From a virus: 64,000 nt of DNA. Under the pieces are notes generated by a model, which did not search any database, was not told where the DNA came from, and saw nothing but the letters and a program-made list of their open reading frames with translations. The translations under genes were made by a program, and so were the position numbers. Below are positions 11,301 through 21,671 of this stretch, one piece after another. Every line of letters starts with the position of its first letter. The first letter of the stretch is position 1. The stretch is taken from positions 21,966 through 85,965 of the IMG/VR virus record IMGVR_UViG_3300044640_000597. One strand, 5' to 3'.

Positions 11301-14300
11301 CTCCTCCTCTTCTTCCTCTTCTGCTGCCTGATAGTCAACCTGAATGGTTGTATCATCTGTACCTGTATCCTCATTCATGAAGTCACTACCTGCAAGACTG
11401 TTAAGAATTGCTTCTTCGTCTCCAGGCTCTCCTTCCATGTTGAGGTCTAGTTCTTCTGCTGAAGATACTTCAGTAGCTCCTTCACTCTGTCCTTGACCTC
11501 CTTGTTCCTCATTAGATCCCGTAGGTTCTTGGGCATTTTGTACATCTTGATCAATTGAATCTGATTTTCTAGCTTCATCTAGTTGTTGTAGTTTAGTTAT
11601 TTGATCTTGAATAAGTCCCTGCTCTGTTTTGGCAAGTCTAAGATTCTCTATATATCTTTTTATCAGGTTAGCAGCTGTAGGATTAGTCTCTGCCTCAGCT
11701 TGAAAGTGCTTCAATAATCTCTCATATCTTTTTATTGTGGATTCTAAAGTGTCGAAATTTGCTTTAAGCTTTCCAATTTCACTAGCAAAGTCAACTCCTT
11801 CCTGTCTATTTACTTCTCCAGGCTTAGCATTAGGATCTCCCTCAGTAGGTATCTTCTCTAGCTCCCGATACATCCTTTGAATCTCTTCTAGCTTCTTGGT
11901 ATACTCTTCATGTAGCTCTCTAGCATCAATATAGTTTTGTAACTTATAGAGAGCTGTAAATTTTATATTACTTCTTTTGTAAGCTTGCTCTAGAATTGTT
12001 CTAACTTGTGAGAGCCCATCAAGAAACTTCTGGAGTTCTTTAGCAGCAATCATGTATATCTGAGGAGTAGGCTCTATTCCCTCTAGATCAATTCTATTAT
12101 CTAAAATTTCCTTCCCCTTCTTTAATACATTAAGGATATCAGCAGCTCTACTTTCACTTTCTTCTAGACTAAGATTTATTGTATCAGCTGTTGCTTCAGC
12201 TACATACCCAATCATCATTATCTCTGCAAGCTCATCTACTAACTGAGGATTATCTTCAGCCTTAAACTTGACAACTTGCCCAGCTTCATTAGTAAGAGTA
12301 ATAGATACTACGGGTACTTTTCCATCAGGTGTAAGCTGAGTCATGTCTGCCTGAATAGCATCCATAATGTTTACCTTATTATTTTTATAAGGTATACCAT
12401 TTACTATAAGGTTTCTGTTATCACTTGTAGTAACTCTGATGTTATTGACATAAGTCTTCCCGTTAGGAGTGTTAGTATCAGAGCCCTTCATGTTATTGAT
12501 AGATGCTTCAGCATCTGCCTTAGCCTTCTTCTGCTCTTCAGTAGGAGTACTGTTAACTCTAGCTTCTTTATCAGCTGTTGTCTCTCCTGCTCTGTCTGCT
12601 ATAACTCGTAATAGAGCTGCAGCTTTTTGTGGATCTGCATCTTTAATCTCATCGATGCCTGCTATCAAATCTTTTAAATGTGCATCAGTAAGTATGTTAA
12701 AGTTCTCTGCATACTTATCTTCTACTTCCTTAAGCTCTTGATACTTCTTCAAAAGCTTTTCACGTAACTCAGGACTTAGAGAGTCATTGTTTATGAAGTG
12801 CTCAAGATCCAAAGTTGATCTAGCTTCATCTATTGTTACAGATGCTTCTTTGTTATCGTTTGTAATCTTGGCTTCTGCTTGAGCACTCTGTCTAGCAAGC
12901 ATTTCGATATCCCTTCTCTCTGGGGATGTAACCAGTTCTTCAAATGCAGCAATAGATTCCTCTCTCATTTGAAGTCCAGTAAACAAGTTCTGCAACTCGT
13001 TATTAAACTTCATTTTATCTATAGGGTTAAGAGTGTCAGCATACCTGATGGCTTTCTCCATCCTGCTGATCATCTTATTATCATCATCATCTTCCTTTTT
13101 CTTTCTCTGTCCTTCAGGAGATTGCTCTTCAGCTTTAGCTTTAGCCTTTGCCTCTTCTGATGCAGTATCACTAAGTGTAGTACTTACTACAGATCTTGGG
13201 AATTGAATCTCTCCTGTTGGGGACACAGTAATCTTATTCTTTTTTACAAGAGCAAGAAGGTCGTCTTTATTAATATTAGCAAAAGAGTCTGGTCCTTCTG
13301 GGGAAAGTCTTCTGAGCTCATCTATACTTTTATTGATTTCCTCATCTCGAGTATCAATGCTAACCATATGACCCATAAGAATATTCTTAAGTCTCTGGTT
13401 ATATAGTCTGTGTGTAGCATCAGCCTGCTTTCTTTCTTTACCCTGCAGCAGACCTGGTAATCCTGATTTGTTAGGATTAACTTGCTGTACAATATCATCT
13501 AAGTCTTTACTTAATTTAGATGCTTTTTTGTATTCTTCTCTGAGGTCTTGAATTACCTGCACATGGCTCTTACCTCCACTTTGCTCAGAGAATGTACTCT
13601 TTAGTGTTCCATCCTGTGTCTTTGTAGTATCATAGCCAGTACGTTTCATGAACTCTTCTTCTGACATCTTTTCAAGATCGTCGAATTCTTCAAGTCCAAG
13701 ATCCTCTGCATCTAATCTCTGCAGTTTGTTTGCTCTTTGAGCAATCAACTGTTTTCTTAATTCATTAGCAAGTTTATAGTTACCAACGTCATTAGCAGCT
13801 GCAATTGCTGCCCCAGTACGTAGTATCTCCTGATTCATTTCTGCATCTGCAGCTAGATTCATGAATGTAGGACTGTTCTTAATAGCTAATAACTGTTCAG
13901 TATTAGCTGCCATGTTCTTTCTCTTAGAAGCTTCTGCCCCGAACGTAGTACTAGTAGCCCCCATACCACCACCAATGAGTGCTCCTAGAAGCATGCTTTC
14001 CATACCATCAGCACTTCCAAAGGTTTCACTCATCCCCTTACTGAAAGCTTGTATAAAGTCTCCACTTCCAGTATCAAACTTATTCTTAAAGTACTCACCT
14101 GCCCCAACACCAATTGCATACTGTGCTCCTTCCTGGAATGATTCATTAAGAGCATTCTTGTATATCGGACTGGTAAACTTATTAACCTTTTGAAGAGTTT
14201 TGCCAAATGCTGTATTAGGGGTTTTAAGAATGTACTTACCTTCTTTCTTAACTATATCTTCTGTGAGATCCTCCCCAATTTTAAATCCTGCAAGTTTCTT

Positions 14301-15377
14301 TGATCCACCGATCATGCTCGCAAACGTGAACAAGTTTGTAGGCATGAGTATCCCCATATTAAGAGCAAACGTAGAATTCTCTACAGCCCTTGCACTGCTT
14401 AGGATTGCTTCCCTTTCTTCAGAAGTCATGTCCTGTTGAACAGACTTACCAGGATTATCTTCCTCCCACTCGTCAAATTTCTCTTGTATGAATTGCTTTG
14501 ACTTCTCTCTAGCTTCCACAGATGACTCAGCAAGAGACATCATAGCTCCTACTTCAAGGTGTTTAACAGCATTAAGACCCCTAGCTATTTTAGCAGTTCT
14601 AGAAACATCATCAGCCAGCTTAGTTCCAGTCTTAATCATCTTAGAAGCTTCATATATCTTCTTAAGCTTTTCACCTGTTGTTGCTACTTTAGCTACTGAT
14701 GCTGCCTCCCCCATAGTGGCAATACCTTTGCCAGCTGCACCTATTCCCTTTGCTATCAGTCCCTCTCCACCAGTTAGCCACACAGTTGCAAGAGAACCTA
14801 ATGAATATCCTAATCCATTAGCAAACTTATCAGTCCAGAAGTTAGCTGTCCCTAAAGATGCAAGGACACTACGGTCTGGATCCATTTCTTTCTGAGTGTA
14901 GTAGTGTGGAAGGTTTTCAGCCATCCACTCATTCATCTCATCTACCGATCTACCTACAGCATTGTCTGCATATGTACCACCAGTAGCTAGAGATGCTAAG
15001 CCAGATACTACCCCAATGGTATTCTCTGCAATAGCACCACCCATTGTGGTTCCCATTTTGAGAAGTCCTCTGCCTATCTTCTCTCCAACACCTTGGTTCT
15101 TTGCACGGATCTCATTCCAGTCTTCACCAAATGGATTATAGCCTATATCATAGTTAGCATAATTTGCAAGAGAATCGCTATATCTATTAGTAACATTTAT
15201 TGTACTAGAGGCCTGCTCCAGTCCAGACATAAATTTGTCTGGGGCAACTTTATATTCTAGAGGCTTCCCAGCATTAATCTGAGCTTGCTTGATATAAGGA
15301 TTATCAGAATCTACAGCTTCTTTAGTAAGACCTGAGTTTTTAGCAATCTGTGCTAGGTATGGGTTTTCTTCAGCCAT
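8343..15377 (-). CDS. Giant virion cargo/ejection protein with N-terminal hydrophobic helices and C-terminal PD-(D/E)xK nuclease domain
   Basis: 2344 aa. Gly/Ala-rich hydrophobic segments near the N-terminus. C-terminal GNTVH...E...GKFDIL...DIKTG...QLSMY matches the RecB/Cas4-like nuclease pattern. Confidence 0.8.
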   Translation of the reverse strand: MAEENPYLAQIAKNSGLTKEAVDSDNPYIKQAQINAGKPLEYKVAPDKFMSGLEQASSTINVTNRYSDSLANYANYDIGYNPFGEDWNEIRAKNQGVGEKIGRGLLKMGTTMGGAIAENTIGVVSGLASLATGGTYADNAVGRSVDEMNEWMAENLPHYYTQKEMDPDRSVLASLGTANFWTDKFANGLGYSLGSLATVWLTGGEGLIAKGIGAAGKGIATMGEAASVAKVATTGEKLKKIYEASKMIKTGTKLADDVSRTAKIARGLNAVKHLEVGAMMSLAESSVEAREKSKQFIQEKFDEWEEDNPGKSVQQDMTSEEREAILSSARAVENSTFALNMGILMPTNLFTFASMIGGSKKLAGFKIGEDLTEDIVKKEGKYILKTPNTAFGKTLQKVNKFTSPIYKNALNESFQEGAQYAIGVGAGEYFKNKFDTGSGDFIQAFSKGMSETFGSADGMESMLLGALIGGGMGATSTTFGAEASKRKNMAANTEQLLAIKNSPTFMNLAADAEMNQEILRTGAAIAAANDVGNYKLANELRKQLIAQRANKLQRLDAEDLGLEEFDDLEKMSEEEFMKRTGYDTTKTQDGTLKSTFSEQSGGKSHVQVIQDLREEYKKASKLSKDLDDIVQQVNPNKSGLPGLLQGKERKQADATHRLYNQRLKNILMGHMVSIDTRDEEINKSIDELRRLSPEGPDSFANINKDDLLALVKKNKITVSPTGEIQFPRSVVSTTLSDTASEEAKAKAKAEEQSPEGQRKKKEDDDDNKMISRMEKAIRYADTLNPIDKMKFNNELQNLFTGLQMREESIAAFEELVTSPERRDIEMLARQSAQAEAKITNDNKEASVTIDEARSTLDLEHFINNDSLSPELREKLLKKYQELKEVEDKYAENFNILTDAHLKDLIAGIDEIKDADPQKAAALLRVIADRAGETTADKEARVNSTPTEEQKKAKADAEASINNMKGSDTNTPNGKTYVNNIRVTTSDNRNLIVNGIPYKNNKVNIMDAIQADMTQLTPDGKVPVVSITLTNEAGQVVKFKAEDNPQLVDELAEIMMIGYVAEATADTINLSLEESESRAADILNVLKKGKEILDNRIDLEGIEPTPQIYMIAAKELQKFLDGLSQVRTILEQAYKRSNIKFTALYKLQNYIDARELHEEYTKKLEEIQRMYRELEKIPTEGDPNAKPGEVNRQEGVDFASEIGKLKANFDTLESTIKRYERLLKHFQAEAETNPTAANLIKRYIENLRLAKTEQGLIQDQITKLQQLDEARKSDSIDQDVQNAQEPTGSNEEQGGQGQSEGATEVSSAEELDLNMEGEPGDEEAILNSLAGSDFMNEDTGTDDTTIQVDYQAAEEEEEEEYEDEDSFTPETPKETVEEEKANTAEYAGEIDARLVKNEYRTTDNFDNVIVSSDGTPLINEDYYGNGIPKGQPGSKLGIKQLDSNGDLIKIFPELLSSSLLSPNDTEIFFDVRTDTKFWNENKDGIPAGDHWKTVPIFVAIKQANGKYKRVGLLESFNPNKETEFNQSRKDIYENFLKGKRVTSTIAGKRYNTENIANAVTVDGEPFFYNPFKDGAMPTLMISSIERESGLPRFQLALVGDNITEKDVIPTITSYDSELGKVAMLVRTPIGGFRHLFLTTKRITKGGLEAAKLAILQGRSGMLNELIGFNKVAKAAVNLEKTDMLFSDALERTDVNGDTTITNVYTFYHPQAESYIRISSAELAKALSNQTFEFSFVKAEIGEKGGVDFNPDPDKKGLYKIKEVYNGVVDAFEKAVLQRRHQVSAANLQSNQAFESPYIDPETGKGKMYNSYTEYLADPNAIPDIDSDGQSHTGILGSDMFLNQDGSPYFDVGITYGPLLVEGKPLYDNNSTASPQSAKAKLDPKEFEESDEHSNDDDDQEQVDENLFDTMMGDTIEETPQDETTGSTTSFEDLAKSRGTKTQEKKEEDEFEEPKVAEMDEEDRGLNDPLVNRLIDIKENEFKGMFEDPATKEETHYKIQPKGETEPKKFQRITSISSEPFNGTKEVKQASSRAGNTVHDIVESVLMGKTDYTRGDKMSRVAFLELINQIGDIRRLIKSKGETVIATEMIVYTDSYGDYAGKFDILVKRKDKQGVGPQYYIYDIKTGSEGGLANYEKGYTDPQTKKVSKSKRDQHGTQLSMYAYSLVGVGKLKPANIAGASVLYLPIRYNTEGYIEKVSGMAEKKFTLSYNIKELLKGEVSFELKKTVSSSDPSINNAGKKKASTKATTKSAAPKGKEVDKEEKGVKKQGKVTKESLASDLLNAGESKGGPAAGVDKQLADLKKSITKSGGMDDTMFIQIVKDTFGITLTEEESDKLQNNVLEGIC

Positions 15378-15397
15378 GCGTTGGTTCTATTCTAAAT

Positions 15398-17695
15398 TTA
15401 AAAGCCTGTTACAAGTCCACTACCAATAAGTCCTTTAATAGCAGGTTCATCTAAGTTATGTTTTGTAGCTGTACCTTTTTCTTTATCAGTTTTTAGGTAA
15501 GGAGTACCATCTGGATACGTGATTGAAATATACGGAGAGTCGTCCCCTCTACTATAGATATTAACCAACACTCTCTCCCCATTAATTTTAATAGTCTCTA
15601 GAGTTCTAGCTATTCCAGGTTGCATTGATCTTTGTTGCATAACTAGAGTACCAAATCTTACTTCAGGATTATTGATAGCGGCATTCAATCCTTCATTCTT
15701 AATTTGATTTCCATCGTATACAGCAGTCATTACTGTTGCCGTATCTCCTTCACCTTTAACTAGATTGAGCTTCCATGAATTGTTTCCTACTCTCCAACCA
15801 GACTCTTTAATTTTATATCCTGCTAGTTCTGGAGAGTTTCCATTAAGTTGTTTAACAGTACCATCTGGCATCATGACTGTTACAATTTCTTCTGGCATCA
15901 CTGGTCTTCCATCTTTACCACCAAAGAAATCTTTTACTGCATTAGTAGTTGCAATATCTGTCTTCTTACCCATACCAGTCTCAATCAATCCCATATTGTA
16001 TGCAGCAGACTCTTTAATCTCTGCATATTTAGTATTGACTTTAGTTTCGAGCTTTTCTCTAAATACTTCTGCAACATTAGTTGTCCCTCTTTGATACTGA
16101 GTAACAGGCCTGTCATATGCCATATTAATCTCTGCACCTCTGTAGTCTGTGGGGGCATTTACTCCTGCATCTCCATATGCACTTACGTATTGTGCAAGAG
16201 CTCCTTGACCATATTGCTTATCAAAAGCTGATTGGAAATTCATATAATCCTGATCACCCGTGTTGTCAAATATTCTTTGGATTTCTGTATAGAGATCTCC
16301 AGTAGTATAGCTAGGGAACATAGCTTTAACTACTCCTGTTATTTTACTATCAACAGCATCAAGATCGGCCATGCTTACAGCTGAGTCAGCAGCTTCTTTA
16401 AGTTGGCTTTGTACTCTAGACTTTTCATTAACAAGAGTATTAAGTGTCATGTTCAGATTACTCTTAACCTCATCAGAGTATTCTGGATGGTCTGCTAATT
16501 CTTTAGTAAGGTTTGCAATCTTTTCATCAGTTGTAGCAAGATACTGCATCTTACTCTTATGGTCAATACCAGATACATCCATATCAGCTCTAACCATATC
16601 GTAGTTATAAAGTGCAACCATTGATGATGCTCCACCTCCACCACTACCACTTCCATCTCCTCCAGCACCAGTAATTCCAGACTCTTCCTTGTAAGTGAAG
16701 AGACCAGCTTTCTTCATTGCATATTCTTCTACTGGGCTAAGTATCTCTGATCTATAACTTTCTCTCATCAAATCACTAGCAAGTGCTGGGTCTTTCATAG
16801 CAGCATCTATCTTAGCACTAGCATCTGTAAGAGCAGTTATAGCAGTTTGGTATTGAGCTTTCTTTGCCTCATCAGTTTCTAATCCAGCTTGAGTTTTTAA
16901 CTCAGCCATCCTATCTTGATACTGCTGTTTTTGAGCTGCAAGAATTACAGGGGTCTGCCCACTCTTATCAGCTTCATAAGTTTTCATATCTGCCATCTGA
17001 GTAAGATAAGCAGCTACATCAGGCTCTTGAATTACAGCATTGTATACCTGCATTACATCTGCTTCTGGTATCTCTTCTGTATATTCCCCTACTTTACGTT
17101 TGTATGTTCCGTTCTCATCTGTAACTACACTACCCTCTTCATAGCCTCTCTTCTTCATTTGAAGAATCTCAAGCCTTTTAGCAACGAGATCCATTATCTT
17201 AGGATCTCTAACAATGGTAGGAGCTGTGAACATTGTTCCACCCTTTACTCTTCCAGTGGCAGGATCTATCTCGTATCCTTTATATCCTTTAGTAATGTAA
17301 GATGCAGCTTTGTTGTACTGTTCAGAGTTAATGTCTCCCTTTTTATACTGCTCATCAATGCTAGTAAGGGCTGCCTGGTATCTTTCGTAGTTTTCTTTTA
17401 TCGGGGAATAAGCTGTAGCAAACTCCTTAGATGCTCTATGAACAGCAAAGCCTAGGTTCTCATAGTCCCCTCTTGTAGATAGACTCTCTAGGGTAGTGTT
17501 AATCTGCTGTTGAAGCTCGTTCTTTTTTTTAACATCGTTCTCAAAAGGAAGAGCAGCTTTCATCTGATCAACAGCTAAAGCTAACTCATCGTTAGCTTTA
17601 AAATTTTCTACAAACCTATTACGTAAAGTCTCAGATATTTTTACTGATTGAGGATCTACGTAAGTACTTACATATTCATTAAATTTGTACGGCAT
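15398..17695 (-). CDS. Virion cargo/ejection protein
   Basis: 765 aa, helical and Cys-free, located between other cargo genes. Confidence 0.6.
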   Translation of the reverse strand: MPYKFNEYVSTYVDPQSVKISETLRNRFVENFKANDELALAVDQMKAALPFENDVKKKNELQQQINTTLESLSTRGDYENLGFAVHRASKEFATAYSPIKENYERYQAALTSIDEQYKKGDINSEQYNKAASYITKGYKGYEIDPATGRVKGGTMFTAPTIVRDPKIMDLVAKRLEILQMKKRGYEEGSVVTDENGTYKRKVGEYTEEIPEADVMQVYNAVIQEPDVAAYLTQMADMKTYEADKSGQTPVILAAQKQQYQDRMAELKTQAGLETDEAKKAQYQTAITALTDASAKIDAAMKDPALASDLMRESYRSEILSPVEEYAMKKAGLFTYKEESGITGAGGDGSGSGGGGASSMVALYNYDMVRADMDVSGIDHKSKMQYLATTDEKIANLTKELADHPEYSDEVKSNLNMTLNTLVNEKSRVQSQLKEAADSAVSMADLDAVDSKITGVVKAMFPSYTTGDLYTEIQRIFDNTGDQDYMNFQSAFDKQYGQGALAQYVSAYGDAGVNAPTDYRGAEINMAYDRPVTQYQRGTTNVAEVFREKLETKVNTKYAEIKESAAYNMGLIETGMGKKTDIATTNAVKDFFGGKDGRPVMPEEIVTVMMPDGTVKQLNGNSPELAGYKIKESGWRVGNNSWKLNLVKGEGDTATVMTAVYDGNQIKNEGLNAAINNPEVRFGTLVMQQRSMQPGIARTLETIKINGERVLVNIYSRGDDSPYISITYPDGTPYLKTDKEKGTATKHNLDEPAIKGLIGSGLVTGF

Positions 17696-17700
17696 ACCTA

Positions 17701-20700
17701 CTAGATATTAAATGTTTTTTTACCTTTTGACAATTGACCTAAACGAGAAGTATACTTTCTAGTTGCTCTAAGTCCTCCAGTTTTTTTAGCAGTACCTATA
17801 TACTGATTATACTGCTCAGCTGCATAGTCCTTAAGTTCTTTATCTGTTTTACCATAGAACTGAGAGTCTTTGTCTTTAGCTTGTTTCTTCAAGTCTTCGT
17901 AATACTGGAATCGTTGGTAAGAACCAGCATCATCCATAGCTTTAGCTAATCTCTCCTGAGCCTTATAAGACCTGTCATCTTTATATATGCCAGCTATTCT
18001 TCCTGCTGCAGTGTCTAGTGCTCCTACAATTTCTTCTCTCTTATATCTCTTTTCATCAATCTTTAGCTTAGCTTCTTGTATACCAGTTTCAAGATTAGCT
18101 TGGTTAACTGCAAGTTGATTTTGCACATTAGCCATGTTAGCTCTTTGAGCCATCTCTGCATTAGCCATAGATGCTTGCATTCCAAGTTTTGCTTCTTCTC
18201 CAGCTAACTCTCTGTTAGCTCGTTGTTCCTGGTTGGCGATATCAAGAGATTGCTGATTTTGTTTTGAGTTAGCAGCTAGCATAGCGGCTATACCTCCAGG
18301 ACCAGCATTAGTATTTTGAATTGCATTTTTAATAGCAACTGTATTTCTTTCAGAAGCTGCTCTTTCAGCATTCATATTAACTCTAGGTAAGATAGCACCT
18401 TTAACACTGGTGGCTCCAACATTACCTGCTCCTTTCATTCTCTCAAGCTTACCCTCAGTCTTGTAACCTTTAAATAATGCGTATCCTACAGGAAGAAGTT
18501 GACCTAACCCTGCAAGTAGAGCACCATTAATATTTCTATTTCTTGGGGGTACTACTTTCTTCTCAGTTTTTTTGAGTCCAGTGTCTTTTGTAAGATCAGC
18601 TTCTACTGTTTTCTTAGTAGGTAGCAATCCAGCTTCTTTACTCTTGATTGGCTCAATAGTCTCACGGTATGGGAATGGTCCTTCTGTTCCTGGGTCTACT
18701 GCTGTACCATCTGCAGCTGGAGTTACAGTAAATGGAGTTGGAGTAAATCCAACAGCTTTTTGAGCAGTAGTATCTGGTGCACCTATATTAAACTGCTTGA
18801 ACATTTGGTTATCTATCGAAGGAGTTTTATTCAACCCAATTGTTCTTCCTTCTACATTGATGTAATTAGGATCAGTGTAGAATGGAGGTTGTCTTACCAG
18901 TCCAGTTTCTGTTTGTGGTCCAACTTTAACTGGAACTGTTGGTTTTGCAGGACCAATGTTGCCAGTGAATCTTCCTACTTCTGTACTAGGTTTAGGTGGC
19001 TCCAATCTTAGTGGACCTCTACCAGCCATGCTAGGTGTAGGGGCGGCTGGTCTTGCAGCTGCTGTATTTGGAGCAGTTGCTGTTCCTGCAAATCCTTCCC
19101 AAGCTCCTCCTATGGCACCTACTAATCCACTAGCTCCACTAGAAATAGCTCTACCGATACCTAATAAGGCATAGTCAATAGGACTCATAGTAGATTCGGC
19201 AGTACCAGGTGCTCTCATCTGAGCATTATATTGAGCTTCAGTTAATGTTCTTCCATCAGCTGTGGTAAACATTTTTTCACCTTTAGACTGTGGAATACTT
19301 GCAGGTTTACCATCATCAGGTGCTACCCCAGGTATTCCTAATTTACCAGATTGGTAATAAGTCTGCAATCTAGCTTGAGAAGTATCAGCATGCTCATTCC
19401 ACTTATTAGTTTCCCAAAGCTGCTTTTCATTTGTAGCAACTTCTACTGCCTTTTGAGCTATCTGTGGATTCTTAGGTCTTAGTACCACAAAGTATCCACT
19501 GTCTGCTAGAATTCCATCTTTTAAAGACTTGCTTCTCTCAGCTACTGTATCAGGAGTATCTGGATTAACATTGTCAGGATCTACGTTACCCCCAATAGCG
19601 TAAACTTTATCTCCGTCTATCTTAGTTACAATGTCTCCATGTGAGAAACCAGAATAAGAATCTTGGCCAAACTTCTGTTTGTTTCCAGATCTGTTGTTTA
19701 CAATAATGTCTCCAGGTTGAAGTTTTGTACTAGCAGGATCTAATTCCTCCCAGTCATCTCTACCTTTTAAGCCAGTTGCATATCCAGTATGTGTTGGGCT
19801 TTTAGGGAAGTTAGGATCTGCATTACTATATACATAGGATATAAATGCCGAACTCCAAGGAGTACTGTCAATGTAGTTTAAAGATTTTGGGGGCAGTTGT
19901 TTTTTACCACCTTTTTCATATTCTCTAACCATACCACTATTAGTAGTACGTTTGCCAGGAGCTGCAGATTGCTGGCTAGATGGAGCATTAGCAGCAGCTT
20001 GATTAACATCTCTAAGTGTTACGTTAGCTGCATCCATGTTAGATTGAGCCATAGCTGATTGTTCTGGTCCAGCCATTTTGTATTGATGAATGCCACCGTA
20101 CTTAGCTATCTGCTCAGGACCTCTATCTTTTTCTCCTTTTTTATTAGCTACAGCTTCTTGCATTTTAGCAAGATCTTGTATTTGCTTCTGGCTTCCACCA
20201 GCTTTTAAAATTTCTTTGTGTCTTCTAGCAAAGGACTTACCACCTAGTTTAAGATAAGATGAGAAGAAGTAATCATTTGGCTTACCACCATTCATCATTA
20301 CTTTATCCATAGTCTCACCACCTTCTACTTCAGTCTGTGGATCAATCTTAATTCCTCCCTCAGAGTGTTTCTTGCCTACAAACTCTACTGCATCAGAACC
20401 TTCGATAGGAACAACTTTCCCCCCTGGAACTCTAACTCCACCAGTCTCTGCATAGAAAGAATTGGTAGGCTGCATGTTCATATTGGTTGATGTATTATAC
20501 CCAAACCCAGTTTGCATACCAGTAAGCCTAGAGTTAGTAAATGCAGTATTATAATTTCTAGCTGCTTGCTGAGCTTGATCTGCAAGTTTAGCTTTACGTA
20601 TTCTTTCTTCTTCTGCAAGTCTAGAGTTTTCAGCAGCATACTCTTCAGAATACTTCTTCATCTCTTTATTCTCTTTCATACCCTTAACTAGACCTACACC

Positions 20701-21660
20701 AAATCCTGCTAATCCTCCAGCAATACCACCTACTACGTTTCCTACTCCAGGTAAGATAGTACCAGCGGTAGATCCCATCCCAAATCCAGTACCTGCACTT
20801 TTAAGTGCATCTCCAAACATATTTTGTCTTCCTTCTTTTTTATCAAACTTAGTTGGGTCAGTGTCCATCTTTCTTTGTACAAGCATTCCTGCTCCTGTTA
20901 ATCCCAATCCAATTCCAGCTGAAGCTAAGCCAGACATGTTAGCTGCCATCAATCCAGTATTAGCAGCAGTGCTTGCTCCTGTTGCAGCTGCACTTCCTAC
21001 ACCAGCTCCTACATTAGCCCCTGTGTTAGCAGCTTGAGGCAATACTACAGCACCTGTATCATCAATCATACTACTAGCTACTCTAGCAGCCTCCATTCCA
21101 GACCCTCTAGCTGCTTGTGCGGTTATTGTTGGGGCTATTCCCTGTGCTACTGTATTTGCTGCACTACCAGAAGCTGCATTTGCCACACTATTTACAGCGG
21201 CAAGTCCTCTGACTGCAGGATTATTAGATCCTTGCTTAACTAGTTGGCTGGCGGCCTCCCCAGTTTCTTTAGCAGCTTTAGCTGCAGCTATTTCTGCCAA
21301 TTTTTGTTTACCCACACTCAAAGCTTCATCCCCAGCTGCCTTTGCAAGCTCTTGAGTGTAAGCTTGAGTTTCTTGTTTCTTTGCTTCTTCTGTTTGAGTA
21401 ATAGCATCTTTCTTAGCTTGCTCTCTTTCTTTAGCAGCTTGTTCAGCTGCGTTATTAGATACAGTAGCATACTCACCAAACCTATTAGCTTGGTCATAGT
21501 AATATCTTCTTTGCTGCTCAGCTTGTTTGGCAAAAGTCTCACCTGCGTAGTAAGGATTCTCTACTTGATTGTACATAGAGAGATTAGATCCAGCAAACTG
21601 ATACTTTTTAAGTAGCGGTTTAGGTGCTGATTTAGATTTAGTTATGGATTTTTTAGCCAT
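17701..21660 (-). CDS. Virion cargo protein with membrane-inserting segments and DUF2272/CHAP-like cell-wall amidase domain
   Basis: 1319 aa. Gly-rich hydrophobic hairpin (GNVVGGIAGGLAGFGVG), H.EGG...EVEGGE motif typical of crAss cargo proteins, and PWSSAFISY...PGDIIV...SHGDIV...IGGNV. Confidence 0.7.
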   Translation of the reverse strand: MAKKSITKSKSAPKPLLKKYQFAGSNLSMYNQVENPYYAGETFAKQAEQQRRYYYDQANRFGEYATVSNNAAEQAAKEREQAKKDAITQTEEAKKQETQAYTQELAKAAGDEALSVGKQKLAEIAAAKAAKETGEAASQLVKQGSNNPAVRGLAAVNSVANAASGSAANTVAQGIAPTITAQAARGSGMEAARVASSMIDDTGAVVLPQAANTGANVGAGVGSAAATGASTAANTGLMAANMSGLASAGIGLGLTGAGMLVQRKMDTDPTKFDKKEGRQNMFGDALKSAGTGFGMGSTAGTILPGVGNVVGGIAGGLAGFGVGLVKGMKENKEMKKYSEEYAAENSRLAEEERIRKAKLADQAQQAARNYNTAFTNSRLTGMQTGFGYNTSTNMNMQPTNSFYAETGGVRVPGGKVVPIEGSDAVEFVGKKHSEGGIKIDPQTEVEGGETMDKVMMNGGKPNDYFFSSYLKLGGKSFARRHKEILKAGGSQKQIQDLAKMQEAVANKKGEKDRGPEQIAKYGGIHQYKMAGPEQSAMAQSNMDAANVTLRDVNQAAANAPSSQQSAAPGKRTTNSGMVREYEKGGKKQLPPKSLNYIDSTPWSSAFISYVYSNADPNFPKSPTHTGYATGLKGRDDWEELDPASTKLQPGDIIVNNRSGNKQKFGQDSYSGFSHGDIVTKIDGDKVYAIGGNVDPDNVNPDTPDTVAERSKSLKDGILADSGYFVVLRPKNPQIAQKAVEVATNEKQLWETNKWNEHADTSQARLQTYYQSGKLGIPGVAPDDGKPASIPQSKGEKMFTTADGRTLTEAQYNAQMRAPGTAESTMSPIDYALLGIGRAISSGASGLVGAIGGAWEGFAGTATAPNTAAARPAAPTPSMAGRGPLRLEPPKPSTEVGRFTGNIGPAKPTVPVKVGPQTETGLVRQPPFYTDPNYINVEGRTIGLNKTPSIDNQMFKQFNIGAPDTTAQKAVGFTPTPFTVTPAADGTAVDPGTEGPFPYRETIEPIKSKEAGLLPTKKTVEADLTKDTGLKKTEKKVVPPRNRNINGALLAGLGQLLPVGYALFKGYKTEGKLERMKGAGNVGATSVKGAILPRVNMNAERAASERNTVAIKNAIQNTNAGPGGIAAMLAANSKQNQQSLDIANQEQRANRELAGEEAKLGMQASMANAEMAQRANMANVQNQLAVNQANLETGIQEAKLKIDEKRYKREEIVGALDTAAGRIAGIYKDDRSYKAQERLAKAMDDAGSYQRFQYYEDLKKQAKDKDSQFYGKTDKELKDYAAEQYNQYIGTAKKTGGLRATRKYTSRLGQLSKGKKTFNI

Positions 21661-21671
21661 TTAGTTAAAGG

